From Escherichia coli (GTDB lineage Bacteria > Pseudomonadota > Gammaproteobacteria > Enterobacterales > Enterobacteriaceae), in assembly GCF_003334255.1 (NCBI RefSeq), contig NZ_QOWU01000005.1: a DNA stretch of 64,000 nt, one strand, 5' to 3'. This document shows, piece by piece, positions 22,555 to 37,865 of the stretch. The notes beneath the pieces were generated by a model that saw only the letters and a program-made list of their open reading frames with translations, did not search any database and was not told the DNA's origin. A program made the position numbers and the translations under genes. Position 1 is the first letter of the stretch, and every line of letters begins with the position of its first letter.

Positions 22555-23457
22555 ATGACTGTTATTGCTATAGTTGTAACATTTAATCGCTGTGCGCTTT
22601 TGAAAAAAGTTTTGCATTCGTTGCTTTCTCAATCAATTGCATTAAATAAAATAATAATCATTGATAATGATAGTAATGATGATACAGCTAAAGTCGTGCA
22701 TGATTTTTCTGAAGTGGATGATATTTTTTATTATTATAACACAGGAGATAATCTGGGAGGGGCTGGAGGGTTTTATCAGGGGTTTAAAATCGCAGAGCAG
22801 TTTTATTATGACTATCTTTGGTTAATGGATGATGACCTTCTACCTGAGCCTGATTGCCTAGAGAAATTAATCCAAGATAGGCCAGAAGGAATTGTTCAGC
22901 CGGTAAGATACGATCTTGATGGTGCTTGTGCTGAAATATCACCTGTTGAGTATAATCTTCAAAAAATATTTTGCAGGAATCCTAAAACCAAAACAGTAAA
23001 AGAAGTGATTTCAACAGTTATTTCTGATAATTGTCGGGAAATCGATATTGCAGGTGTTCCTTTTGAAGGTCCTTTAATTTCAAAGTCGGTAGTTAATAAA
23101 GTGGGGTATCCAAATCCTGATTTTTTTATTTTTAATGATGATCTTGATTATTCGTTAAGGACGAGAAGTAAAGGTTTCTCTATAAAGTGTATAGTCGACG
23201 CCAGGGCTACAAGGCTTTTAAAAAATAATCAAAAAAATGATTTGAAAAGCTGGAAAGGATATTTCATGTTGAGAAATCATTATTATATCCTACGAAACTA
23301 TGGTGAAAATAAGCTCGTTAAGAATCGAGTCTATCTCATCATGTTTTATTATTTTTTGAAGTCAGTTTTTTCTTTTGATTATAAGTTCGCAAAAGTGGTT
23401 ATTTTTTCTTTTAAAGATTCATTTTCGCTTAAAAATAGCAAAAGATTTCGACCATAG
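22555..23457 (+). CDS. Glycosyltransferase, family GT2 (paralogue of upstream gene)
   Basis: 300-aa ORF: IAIVVTFNRCALLKKVLHSLLSQS...NLGGAGGF...WLMDDD; shares motif order with the 21488..22447 product. Confidence 0.7.
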   Translation: MTVIAIVVTFNRCALLKKVLHSLLSQSIALNKIIIIDNDSNDDTAKVVHDFSEVDDIFYYYNTGDNLGGAGGFYQGFKIAEQFYYDYLWLMDDDLLPEPDCLEKLIQDRPEGIVQPVRYDLDGACAEISPVEYNLQKIFCRNPKTKTVKEVISTVISDNCREIDIAGVPFEGPLISKSVVNKVGYPNPDFFIFNDDLDYSLRTRSKGFSIKCIVDARATRLLKNNQKNDLKSWKGYFMLRNHYYILRNYGENKLVKNRVYLIMFYYFLKSVFSFDYKFAKVVIFSFKDSFSLKNSKRFRP

Positions 23458-23509
23458 TTTTTATTTTTGGATAAACGCTGTTATCACAACTGATCGGAGT
23501 AATTCTTAA

Positions 23510-24916
23510 ATGTCAAAGCAACAGATCGGCGTCGTCGGTATGGCAGTGATGGGGCGCAACCTTGCGCTCAACATCGAAAGCCGTGGTTATACCGTCTCTA
23601 TTTTCAACCGTTCCCGTGAAAAGACGGAAGAAGTGATTGCCGAAAATCCAGGCAAGAAACTGGTTCCTTACTATACGGTGAAAGAGTTTGTTGAATCTCT
23701 GGAAACGCCTCGTCGCATCCTGTTAATGGTGAAAGCAGGTGCAGGCACGGATGCTGCTATTGATTCCCTCAAGCCATACCTCGATAAAGGTGACATCATC
23801 ATTGATGGTGGTAATACCTTCTTCCAGGACACCATTCGTCGTAACCGTGAGCTTTCTGCAGAAGGCTTTAACTTCATCGGTACCGGTGTTTCCGGTGGTG
23901 AAGAGGGCGCGCTGAAAGGTCCTTCCATTATGCCTGGTGGCCAGAAAGAAGCCTATGAACTGGTTGCTCCGGTCCTGACCAAAATCGCCGCAGTAGCTGA
24001 AGACGGTGAGCCATGCGTTACCTATATTGGTGCCGATGGCGCAGGTCACTATGTGAAGATGGTTCATAACGGTATTGAATACGGTGATATGCAGCTGATT
24101 GCTGAAGCCTATTCTCTGCTTAAAGGTGGCCTGAACCTCACCAACGAAGAATTGGCGCAGACCTTTACCGAGTGGAATAACGGTGAACTGAGCAGCTACC
24201 TGATCGACATCACCAAAGATATCTTCACCAAAAAAGATGAAGACGGTAACTACCTGGTTGATGTGATCCTGGATGAAGCTGCTAACAAAGGTACCGGTAA
24301 ATGGACCAGCCAGAGCGCGCTGGATCTCGGCGAACCGCTGTCGCTGATTACCGAGTCTGTGTTTGCACGTTATATCTCTTCTCTGAAAGATCAGCGTGTT
24401 GCCGCATCTAAAGTTCTCTCTGGCCCGCAAGCGCAGCCAGCTGGCGACAAAGGTGAGTTCATCGAAAAAGTTCGTCGTGCTCTGTATCTGGGCAAAATCG
24501 TTTCTTACGCGCAGGGCTTCTCTCAGCTGCGTGCTGCGTCTGAAGAGTACAACTGGAATCTGAACTACGGCGAAATCGCGAAGATTTTCCGTGCTGGCTG
24601 CATCATCCGTGCGCAGTTCCTGCAGAAAATCACCGATGCATATACAGAAAATCCGCAGATCGCTAACCTGCTGCTGGCTCCGTACTTCAAGCAAATCGCC
24701 GATGACTACCAGCAGGCGCTGCGTGATGTCGTTGCTTATGCGGTACAGAACGGTATCCCGGTTCCGACCTTCGCCGCTGCGGTTGCCTATTATGACAGCT
24801 ACCGTGCCGCTGTTCTGCCTGCGAACCTGATCCAGGCACAGCGTGACTATTTCGGTGCGCATACTTATAAGCGCATTGATAAAGAAGGTGTGTTCCATAC
24901 TGAATGGCTGGATTAA
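23510..24916 (+). CDS. gnd: 6-phosphogluconate dehydrogenase, decarboxylating
   Basis: 468-aa ORF with N-terminal [15 protein letters not shown] Rossmann motif; GC content and codon usage return abruptly to backbone values. Confidence 0.95.
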   Translation: MSKQQIGVVGMAVMGRNLALNIESRGYTVSIFNRSREKTEEVIAENPGKKLVPYYTVKEFVESLETPRRILLMVKAGAGTDAAIDSLKPYLDKGDIIIDGGNTFFQDTIRRNRELSAEGFNFIGTGVSGGEEGALKGPSIMPGGQKEAYELVAPVLTKIAAVAEDGEPCVTYIGADGAGHYVKMVHNGIEYGDMQLIAEAYSLLKGGLNLTNEELAQTFTEWNNGELSSYLIDITKDIFTKKDEDGNYLVDVILDEAANKGTGKWTSQSALDLGEPLSLITESVFARYISSLKDQRVAASKVLSGPQAQPAGDKGEFIEKVRRALYLGKIVSYAQGFSQLRAASEEYNWNLNYGEIAKIFRAGCIIRAQFLQKITDAYTENPQIANLLLAPYFKQIADDYQQALRDVVAYAVQNGIPVPTFAAAVAYYDSYRAAVLPANLIQAQRDYFGAHTYKRIDKEGVFHTEWLD

Positions 24917-24944
24917 TCTGATTTAAATCAATTAACCAACACAA

Positions 24945-24973
24945 GGCCCGGAGAAACCCTCCGGGCTTTTTTA
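24945..24973 (+). terminator. Rho-independent terminator after gnd
   Basis: GGCCCGGAGAAACCCTCCGGGC hairpin followed by a T-tract. Confidence 0.6.
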
Positions 24974-25164
24974 TTATACAAAGCGGCAGGTTATGGCCTT
25001 TTTTTATAATTTATGATTAAAAAAGCGATATAATACAGAGCCGCACAGCAGGATCGCTGTCTTGACAGTTCAACCGCATCAGCGTTAAAAATCCCGCAGT
25101 AGATGAAGTTGTGGTGGTGGACTAATGACCACTCTAAATGTTTAACCGGAAGAAGTCAGAGCTA

Positions 25165-26331
25165 ATGAAAATAACAATTTCAGGAACAGGTTATGTTGGT
25201 CTTTCAAATGGTATTCTGATTGCGCAAAACCACGAAGTGGTTGCACTGGATATCGTTCAGGCCAAAGTGGACATGCTTAACAAGAAGCAGTCACCGATTG
25301 TTGATAAGGAGATTGAAGAGTATCTGGCGACTAAAGATCTCAATTTCCGCGCTACGACAGATAAGTACGACGCGTATAAAAATGCCGATTACGTTATTAT
25401 TGCCACACCTACCGATTATGATCCGAAAACGAATTATTTTAATACCTCAAGCGTGGAAGCGGTCATTCGCGATGTGACAGAAATTAATCCTAATGCGGTA
25501 ATGATTATAAAATCAACTATCCCTGTTGGTTTTACAGAGTCCATTAAAGAACGTTTTGGTATTGAAAATGTGATCTTTTCGCCTGAGTTTTTGCGTGAAG
25601 GTAAAGCACTTTATGATAACTTACACCCATCACGCATTGTGATTGGCGAGCAGTCTGAACGCGCTGAACGTTTTGCTGCGTTATTACAGGAAGGCGCCAT
25701 TAAGCAAGACATACCAACATTGTTTACTGACTCAACCGAAGCTGAGGCGATTAAACTTTTTGCCAACACTTATCTGGCTATGCGTGTAGCGTATTTCAAT
25801 GAACTTGATAGTTATGCTGAAAGCCTGGGGCTTAATTCACGCCAGATTATTGAGGGCGTATGCCTTGACCCGCGTATCGGTAATCACTACAACAACCCGT
25901 CATTCGGTTATGGTGGTTATTGTCTGCCGAAAGATACCAAGCAGTTACTGGCAAATTACCAGTCTGTGCCGAATAACCTGATCTCGGCAATTGTTGACGC
26001 CAACCGCACGCGCAAAGATTTTATTGCCGATTCTATCCTTGCACGTAAACCGAAAGTTGTTGGCGTCTATCGTCTGATTATGAAGAGTGGTTCGGACAAT
26101 TTCCGTGCTTCCTCGATTCAGGGTATTATGAAGCGAATCAAGGCGAAAGGTGTGCCAGTAATCGTTTATGAGCCAGCGATGAAAGAGGACGATTTTTTCC
26201 GTTCGCGCGTGGTACGTGATCTGGATGCGTTCAAACAAGAAGCTGATGTTATTATTTCTAACCGTATGTCTGCCGATCTGGCTGATGTAGCAGATAAGGT
26301 TTATACGCGCGACTTGTTTGGCAATGATTAA
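25165..26331 (+). CDS. ugd: UDP-glucose 6-dehydrogenase
   Basis: ORF 25138..26331; start placed at [14 protein letters not shown] (NAD-binding motif); catalytic region [10 protein letters not shown] present. Confidence 0.93.
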   Translation: MKITISGTGYVGLSNGILIAQNHEVVALDIVQAKVDMLNKKQSPIVDKEIEEYLATKDLNFRATTDKYDAYKNADYVIIATPTDYDPKTNYFNTSSVEAVIRDVTEINPNAVMIIKSTIPVGFTESIKERFGIENVIFSPEFLREGKALYDNLHPSRIVIGEQSERAERFAALLQEGAIKQDIPTLFTDSTEAEAIKLFANTYLAMRVAYFNELDSYAESLGLNSRQIIEGVCLDPRIGNHYNNPSFGYGGYCLPKDTKQLLANYQSVPNNLISAIVDANRTRKDFIADSILARKPKVVGVYRLIMKSGSDNFRASSIQGIMKRIKAKGVPVIVYEPAMKEDDFFRSRVVRDLDAFKQEADVIISNRMSADLADVADKVYTRDLFGND

Positions 26332-26350
26332 TTATTTTGTTTCATACTAA

Positions 26351-26381
26351 GAAAAGGCCCTAATAAATTAGGGCCTTTTCT
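26351..26381. terminator. Bidirectional hairpin terminator between convergent ugd and the epimerase gene
   Basis: AAAAGGCCCTAATAAATTAGGGCCTTTT perfect inverted repeat flanked by A and T runs. Confidence 0.55.
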
Positions 26382-26396
26382 TATGGTTTTATAAAA

Positions 26397-27401
26397 TCAA
26401 ACTTTATAGAAGTTACGATACCATTCTACAAAGTTCTTTACCCCCTCTTTAACTGACGTTTCAGGTTTGAATCCTATTACGTCATACAGTGCTTTTGTAT
26501 CAGCACTGGTTTCCAGTACATCACCGGGTTGGAGAGGCATCATATTCTTGTTGGCTTCAATACCCAGAGCCTCTTCTAAGGCATTGATATAGTCCATTAA
26601 CTCCACAGGCGAACTATTACCAATGTTATAGACACGATATGGTGCTGAACTTGTTGCTGGCGAGCCTGTTTCTACAGCCCACTGTGGATCTTTTTCTGGA
26701 ATAACATCCTGTAAGCGAATAATAGCTTCGGCAATATCATCAATATAAGTAAAGTCACGCTTCATTTTGCCGAAGTTGTAAACATCAATGCTTTTACCTT
26801 CCAGCATGGCTTTAGTGAATTTAAATAATGCCATATCCGGACGTCCCCATGGACCATAAACCGTAAAGAAACGCAGCCCTGTGGTCGGTAAGCCATACAA
26901 ATGAGAATACGTATGGGCCATGAGTTCATTCGCCTTTTTAGTTGCTGCATACAGCGAAACAGGATGATCTACAGAGTCATCTGTAGAGAAAGGCATCTTG
27001 CGGTTCATGCCATAAACAGAACTGGAGGAAGCGTAAAGTAGATGCCGAACATTATTATGGCGACATCCTTCCAGTATGTTCAGGAATCCAATCAGGTTTG
27101 CATCTGCATATGCATTGGGATTTTCAAGGGAGTAACGTACACCGGCTTGCGCAGCGAGGTTTATTACGCGTTCGAACCGCTCGTCTGCAAACAGTGCCGC
27201 CATTTTCTCACGATCGGCCAGGTCAATTTTATAAAAACTGAAGTTGTCGTGCTTGAGTAAATCAAGTCGTGCTTGTTTGAGGTTGACATCGTAATAATCA
27301 TTTAAGTTGTCAATGCCTACAACCTGATGACCAGCTGCAAGAAGCCGTTTACTTACATAGAAACCGATAAAGCCAGCAGCTCCCGTAACCAGAAATTTCA
27401 T
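26397..27401 (-). CDS. gla: UDP-glucuronate 4-epimerase (NAD-dependent epimerase/dehydratase, SDR family)
   Basis: 334-aa ORF: MKFLVTGAAGFIGFYVSKRLL Rossmann motif, YAATK catalytic motif; gene symbol is recalled usage and less certain than the family call. Confidence 0.8.
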   Translation of the reverse strand: MKFLVTGAAGFIGFYVSKRLLAAGHQVVGIDNLNDYYDVNLKQARLDLLKHDNFSFYKIDLADREKMAALFADERFERVINLAAQAGVRYSLENPNAYADANLIGFLNILEGCRHNNVRHLLYASSSSVYGMNRKMPFSTDDSVDHPVSLYAATKKANELMAHTYSHLYGLPTTGLRFFTVYGPWGRPDMALFKFTKAMLEGKSIDVYNFGKMKRDFTYIDDIAEAIIRLQDVIPEKDPQWAVETGSPATSSAPYRVYNIGNSSPVELMDYINALEEALGIEANKNMMPLQPGDVLETSADTKALYDVIGFKPETSVKEGVKNFVEWYRNFYKV

Positions 27402-27565
27402 TTATAATCCTCGCTCAGGCTAGAATATAGCCAATATTCATCTGGCATAACTGAAAGTTAAATCATACCGTTAGACAAGAAAAAAAGATAATCGGTATCA
27501 GTTCTAAACCTGGCTGTTTTTTCTGGTAACGTGCTCATTTTACAATCAAAGCTGTTCTAAGCTGA

Positions 27566-27679
<114 letters not shown>

Positions 27680-27825
27680 CATCCTGTTATCAGGGCGATT
27701 TTCGCCCTGATTCTCTTATGTTCCCTTTGTAATAATTCATTATTTTTATCATTTATCCTATAGCATTCATGGCGATTATCACTAAACTATGGCGACTTAA
27801 AATTATTTCGTCCATTAGGGTAATG

Positions 27826-28803
27826 ATGAGAGTAGAAAATAATAATGTTTCTGGGCAAAACCATGACCCGGAACAGATTGATTTGATTGATTTACTGGTG
27901 CAGTTGTGGCGCGGCAAGATGACTATCATCATTTCTGTCATTGTGGCTATTGCCCTGGCTATAGGGTATCTGGCCGTTGCCAAAGAAAAGTGGACTTCCA
28001 CAGCTATCGTTACTCAACCTGATGTGGGGCAAATCGCTGGTTATACCAACGCGATGAATGTGATCTACGGTTCGGCTGTACCGAAAGTCTCCGACATTCA
28101 GGCTTCACTTATCGGACGTTACAGCACTGCATTCTCAGCATTAGCGGAAACGCTGGATAACCAGGAAGAAGCAGAGAAGCTGACCATTGAGCCTACCGTT
28201 AAAAACCAGTCGTTACCATTGGCGGTGTCTTATGTTGGTGAAACACCTGAAGGTGCGCAGAAGCAGCTGGCGAAGTATATCCAGCAAGTTGACGACCAGG
28301 TAAACGAAGAACTGGAAAAAGACCTGACAGACAACATCGCGCTGCGTATGAAAAACTTGCAGGATTCTCTGAAGACCCAGGAAGTGGTTGCGCAGGAGCA
28401 GAAAGATCTGCGTATCCGTCAGATTCAGGAAGCGTTGCAGTATGCGAATCAGGCGCAGGTGACAAAGCCGCAGATTCAGCAGACACAGGACGTAACCCAA
28501 GATACTATGTTCCTTTTGGGGAGCGAAGCGCTGGAGTCGATGATTAAGCATGAGGCGACCCGTCCGTTGGTGTTCTCACCAAACTACTATCAGACTCGTC
28601 AAAACCTGCTGGATATCGAAAACTTAAAGGTTGATGATCTTGATATTCATGCTTACCGCTATGTAATGAAACCGACGTTACCTATTCGTCGCGATAGTCC
28701 GAAAAAGGCAATCACCTTGATTCTGGCGGTGCTGCTGGGCGGCATGGTTGGCGCGGGGATTGTCTTGGGGCGTAACGCTCTGCGTAATTACAACGCGAAG
28801 TAA
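27826..28803 (+). CDS. wzzB: O-antigen chain-length determinant (Wzz, polysaccharide co-polymerase 1)
   Basis: ORF 27769..28803; start placed at MRVENNNVSGQNHDPEQIDLIDL; two TM segments flank a coiled-coil periplasmic domain; C-terminal GR-rich TM2. Confidence 0.92.
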   Translation: MRVENNNVSGQNHDPEQIDLIDLLVQLWRGKMTIIISVIVAIALAIGYLAVAKEKWTSTAIVTQPDVGQIAGYTNAMNVIYGSAVPKVSDIQASLIGRYSTAFSALAETLDNQEEAEKLTIEPTVKNQSLPLAVSYVGETPEGAQKQLAKYIQQVDDQVNEELEKDLTDNIALRMKNLQDSLKTQEVVAQEQKDLRIRQIQEALQYANQAQVTKPQIQQTQDVTQDTMFLLGSEALESMIKHEATRPLVFSPNYYQTRQNLLDIENLKVDDLDIHAYRYVMKPTLPIRRDSPKKAITLILAVLLGGMVGAGIVLGRNALRNYNAK

Positions 28804-28821
28804 TCTTTTCGGTTTTAAAGA

Positions 28822-28858
28822 AAAAGGGCAGGGTGGTGACACCTTGCCCGTTTTTTTT
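28822..28858. terminator. Hairpin terminator between convergent wzzB and hisI
   Basis: GGGCAGGGTGGTGACACCTTGCCC hairpin followed by T8. Confidence 0.55.
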
Positions 28859-28898
28859 CCGGATGCGACAACAACATTGCATCCGCTTACCGCGCAAC

Positions 28899-29503
28899 TC
28901 ACTGATGCCGTTTACGCAGGTTCTCAATTACCGTCGTTAAATCCAGATTCTGATCCTGCAACAGCACTAGCAAGTGATACATCAAGTCAGATGCTTCGTT
29001 GGTCAGTTCAAAGCGGTCATGCACCGTTGCTGCCAGTGCGGTTTCCACGCCTTCTTCGCCCACTTTCTGCGCAATGCGCTTGGTGCCGCTGGCATACAGT
29101 TTGGCGGTGTAGGAGGTTTCCGGGTCGGCAGATTTACGTTCGGCGAGCAGTTGTTCCAGTTGATACAGGAACAGCCACTGGTGAGCGGTGTCGCCGAAGC
29201 AGCTGCTGGTGCCTTTGTGGCAGGTCGGGCCGATGGGATTCGCCAGCAACAGTAACGTGTCGTTGTCGCAGTCCGGCGCAATATTTACTACGTTGAGGAA
29301 ATTGCCCGACGTTTCGCCTTTGGTCCACAGTCGCTGTTTAGTGCGCGAGAAGAAGGTGACTTTGCCGCTTTCGATGGTTTTATCTAAGGCTTCCGGGTTC
29401 ATATAGCCCAGCATTAACACTTCACCGGATACCGCGTGCTGCACAATCACCGGCATAAGTCCGTCGGTTTTTTCCCAGTCCAGTTCGCGACGTTGTTGTT
29501 CTG

Positions 29504-29510
<7 letters not shown>
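28899..29510 (-). CDS. hisI: Bifunctional phosphoribosyl-AMP cyclohydrolase / phosphoribosyl-ATP pyrophosphatase
   Basis: 203-aa ORF recognised as HisIE; last gene of the his operon. Confidence 0.95.
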
Positions 29511-31588
<2,078 letters not shown>

Positions 31589-31589
<1 letters not shown>

Positions 31590-32655
31590 TACAGCACTCC
31601 TTTCGACGAGGGCAGGGTATCGCCTTCCACGCGGATGGCCTGGCGCAGGGTGCGACCAAAAGCTTTGAACAGGCTCTCTACACGGTGGTGATCGTTTTTA
31701 CCTTTGGTTTTCAGGTGCAGGGTCACGCCCATGGTGTATGAGAGCGAACGGAAGAAGTGCTCGATCATTTCGGTGCTGAGATCGCCCACGCGCTGGTAGG
31801 TAAACTCGGCTTTATATTCCAGGTGTGGGCGACCAGAGATATCCAGCGCGCAGCGGGCAAGGCATTCGTCCATCGGTAGCACAAAACCAAAGCGGCAAAT
31901 ACCGCGTTTATCGCCGAGGGCAATTTTTAACGCTTCGCCCAGCGCCAGGCCGGTATCTTCGACGGTGTGGTGATCGTCGATATAGAGGTCGCCTTTGACG
32001 TTGATTTCCATACGGAAACCGCCGTGGGTGGCGATCTGATCCAGCATGTGATCAAAGAAGCCAACGCCGGTGTTAATCTTGCTGCCACCTTCGCGATCCA
32101 GCCACACCTGGACGTCAATTTGCGTCTCTTTGGTGTTGCGCACTACATGGGCGTAACGGTCTCGTTTAGTGAGTTGCTCGCCAATCATCGGCCAGTTCAG
32201 GGTTTCGCGGTCGTAGCGTAAACCATTAATACCCATGTTTTCCGCCAGTTGAATGTCGGTCGCGCGATCGCCAATCACATAACTGTTAGCGCGATCCATC
32301 GCTTGCTCAGCCAGATAACGCTCCACCAGTTTTACTTTCGGCTTACGGCAGTCGCACTCATCGGCGGGCAGGTGCGGACAAATCAGCACTTCATCAAACT
32401 GCACGCCTTGCGAGGTGAAGATCTGCATCATCAGGTTGTGCGGGCCATCAAAATCCGCCTGCAGGAAACTTTGTGTTCCCAGACCATCCTGATTAGTGAT
32501 CATCACCAGCTTGTAGCCCGCTTTTTGCAGCTTCAGCAGTTCCGGGATCACGCCCGGTTCAAAGGCGAGTTTGTCAAAACGGTCCACCTGAAAATCACTC
32601 GGCGGTTCGCTAATCAGGGTTCCATCGCGATCGATAAAAAGATACTTCTGACTCA

Positions 32656-32656
<1 letters not shown>
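31589..32656 (-). CDS. hisB: Bifunctional histidinol-phosphatase / imidazoleglycerol-phosphate dehydratase
   Basis: ORF 31589..32659; start placed at [14 protein letters not shown] (HAD motif). Confidence 0.95.
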
Positions 32657-35027
<2,371 letters not shown>

Positions 35028-35032
35028 GGCGA

Positions 35033-35935
35033 TCACTCCATCATCTTCTCAATCGGCAGGACCAGGATTGAACTGGCACCCAGCGCTTTCAGTTTTTCCA
35101 TGGTTTCCCAGAACAGGGTTTCGCTACTGACCATGTGCATCGCTACGCGCTGTTGATCACCCGCCAGCGGTAGAATAGTTGGGCGTTCGGCACCTGGCAG
35201 CAGGGCGATGACTTCATCCAGACGTTCGGTCGGTGCGTGCATCATGATGTATTTTGATTCGCGCGCCTGGATCACACCCTGAATACGGGTCAGCAGTTTG
35301 TCGATCAGTTGCTGTTTGGATTCTTCCATTTCGCCATCGCGCTGGATCAGGCAGGCTTTCGAGCGGTAGATAACTTCGACTTCGCGCAGGCCGTTTGCTT
35401 CCAGCGTGGCACCGGTGGAAACCAGATCGCAAATCGCATCCGCCAGTCCGGCGCGCGGGGCGACTTCAACAGAACCGTTCAGTAAGCAGGATTTAAAAGA
35501 GATGCCTTTCTGGTCGAGATATCGCTTGAGCAGGTGAGGATAAGAGGTGGCGATACGTTTACCGTTTAAGGAGAGCGGGCCGTCCCAGGCTTCATCAACC
35601 GGCGTTGCCAGCGAAAGGCGACAACCGCCGAAATCCAGACGACGCAGGGTAAAGTAGCGTGGATCCTCACCCTGGGCGCGGCGGTTAAGCAGCTCTTCTT
35701 CCAGCACGTTTTCGCCGATAATCCCAAGGTCTACTACGCCATCCATTACCAGACCGGGAATGTCGTCGTCACGTACGCGTAGAATATCAATCGGCATGTT
35801 TTCTGCCATCGCGATCAGGCGCTGGGTGTGAAGATTGATTTTAATACCACAGCGCGCCAGTAATTCGCGTGAGTCATCACTTAAACGGCCGGATTTCTGC
35901 ATAGCTATGCGTAAACGAGTGTTGTCTGTCATTTT
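35033..35935 (-). CDS. hisG: ATP phosphoribosyltransferase
   Basis: ORF 35033..35971; start placed at [21 protein letters not shown]. Confidence 0.93.
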
Positions 35936-35980
35936 CTTATTCCTCTTTAAACCTGTCTGAACCGTTATCAACCGCGCAAT

Positions 35981-36019
35981 AAAAAAGCCCCCGGAAGGTG
36001 ATCTTCCGGGGGCTTTCTC
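35981..36019 (-). terminator. his attenuator terminator hairpin
   Basis: On the - strand: GAGAAAGCCCCCGGAAGATCACCTTCCGGGGGCTTTTTT, between hisL and hisG. Confidence 0.8.
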
Positions 36020-36077
36020 ATGCGTTCATGCACCACTGGAAGATCTGAATGTCTTCCAGCACACATCGCCTGAAAGA

Positions 36078-36128
36078 CTAGTCAGGATGATGGTGATGAT
36101 GGTGGTGTTTAAATTGAACGCGTGTCAT
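36078..36128 (-). CDS. hisL: his operon leader peptide (MTRVQFKHHHHHHHPD)
   Basis: Reverse-strand reading of ATGACACGCGTTCAATTTAAACACCACCATCATCACCATCATCCTGACTAG gives 16 aa with seven consecutive His codons. Confidence 0.9.
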   Translation of the reverse strand: MTRVQFKHHHHHHHPD

Positions 36129-36410
36129 AAAAGTCTCTGTGAATGTTTATTCAACTGATGTCTTTTAACCTAAACCACTTTCACGTTAGAAAGCAAGGGC
36201 TTTTTTATATATTTTATGGCAATGGATTTGTTTAATGAATGAGCGGGGAAAGGAGGGGGCTAAGAGGACTGTCCTCTAAGCTGACGGCACCAAAAATAGC
36301 GAAGCCTGGATTTTCGTCTCACTGACAATACCTTGATCTACAAACTAATTAATAAATAGTTAATTAACGCCCATCATTGTACAATGAACTGTACAAAAGA
36401 GGAGATTGAC

Positions 36411-36662
36411 ATGCGTACAATTAGCTACAGCGAAGCGCGTCAGAATTTGTCGGCAACAATGATGAAAGCCGTTGAAGATCATGCCCCGATCCTTATTACT
36501 CGTCAGAATGGAGAGGCTTGTGTTCTGATGTCACTCGAAGAATACAACTCGCTGGAAGAGACGGCTTATCTACTGCGCTCCCCCGCTAACGCCCGGAGAT
36601 TGATGGACTCAATCGATAGCCTGAAATCAGGCAAAGGAACAGAAAAGGACATTATTGAGTGA
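36411..36662 (+). CDS. yefM: Antitoxin YefM (Phd/YefM family)
   Basis: ORF 36384..36662; start placed at [32 protein letters not shown]; 4-bp overlap with yoeB. Confidence 0.9.
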
Positions 36663-36913
36663 AACTAATCTGGTCTGAGGAATCATGGGATGATTATATG
36701 TACTGGCAGGAAACAGATAAGCGAATTGTTAAAAAGATCAATGAACTTATCAAAGATACCCGCAGAACGCCATTTGAAGGTAAGGGGAAGCCAGAACCCC
36801 TGAAACATAATTTGTCAGGTTTCTGGTCCCGACGCATTACAGAGGAGCACCGTCTGGTATACGCGGTTACCGACGATTCACTGCTCATTGCAGCATGTCG
36901 TTATCATTATTGA
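36659..36913 (+). CDS. yoeB: Toxin YoeB (RelE-fold ribosome-dependent mRNA interferase)
   Basis: 84-aa [71 protein letters not shown]. Confidence 0.92.
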
Positions 36914-36995
36914 ACAGATTCATTCATAGAATGAATTGTCAGTTTTGATACGCTAGCGTAGCCTTATAGATCTAAGGTGTATCAGGAGATAACGG

Positions 36996-37820
36996 ATGAA
37001 AAAGGTCGCAATTGTCGGGTTAGGGTGGTTAGGCATGCCGCTGGCGATGTCACTTTCAGCGCGAGGCTGGCAAGTCACCGGGAGTAAAACCACACAAGAT
37101 GGTGTCGAAGCGGCCCGAATGAGTGGCATTGATAGCTATCTGCTTCGCATGGAGCCTGAGCTAGTTTGCGATTCTGACGATCTGGATGCCCTGATGGATG
37201 CCGATGCGCTGGTCATTACGCTTCCGGCACGTCGTAGCGGCCCCGGCGATGAGTTCTATTTACAAGCGGTACAAGAGTTAGTGGATAGCGCGCTGGCTCA
37301 TCGTATTCCCCGAATTATTTTTACCAGCTCAACATCTGTCTATGGCGATGCGCAAGGCATGGTGAAAGAAACTACCCCGCGTAATCCGGTAACCAACAGT
37401 GGACGAGTATTAGAAGAACTCGAAGACTGGCTGCACAATTTACCCGGTACTTCGGTCGATATTCTGCGTCTTGCGGGCCTGGTCGGACCGGGGCGTCATC
37501 CCGGACGCTTCTTTGCCGGAAAAACCGCGCCTGATGGTGAACATGGTGTTAATTTAGTCCATTTAGAAGATGTTATTGGCGCTATCACTCTGTTGTTACA
37601 GGCACCTAAAGGCGGACACATCTATAATATATGTGCGCCAGCTCACCCTGCGCGTAATGTTTTCTATCCGCAGATGGCCCGTTTACTGGGGCAGGAACCT
37701 CCGCAGTTCAGAAATAGTCTGGACAGCGGCAAAGGTAAGATTATTGATGGCAGTTGGATTTGTAATGAACTGGGATTTGAATACCAGTATCCCGATCCGC
37801 TGGTAATGCCGCTGGAGTAA
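36996..37820 (+). CDS. yeeZ: NAD(P)-binding epimerase-like protein YeeZ
   Basis: 274-aa ORF with N-terminal MKKVAIVGLGWLGMPLA Rossmann motif. Confidence 0.85.
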   Translation: MKKVAIVGLGWLGMPLAMSLSARGWQVTGSKTTQDGVEAARMSGIDSYLLRMEPELVCDSDDLDALMDADALVITLPARRSGPGDEFYLQAVQELVDSALAHRIPRIIFTSSTSVYGDAQGMVKETTPRNPVTNSGRVLEELEDWLHNLPGTSVDILRLAGLVGPGRHPGRFFAGKTAPDGEHGVNLVHLEDVIGAITLLLQAPKGGHIYNICAPAHPARNVFYPQMARLLGQEPPQFRNSLDSGKGKIIDGSWICNELGFEYQYPDPLVMPLE

Positions 37821-37865
37821 ACGATCACGCCAGCAGGACGCCGCATACACTGCAAGGGGGCGTGT

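Noticed and set aside
23723-24898. 391-aa antisense ORF spanning almost all of gnd
   Set aside because: gnd on the + strand is unambiguous; the long antisense frame is a known artefact and has no motif support.
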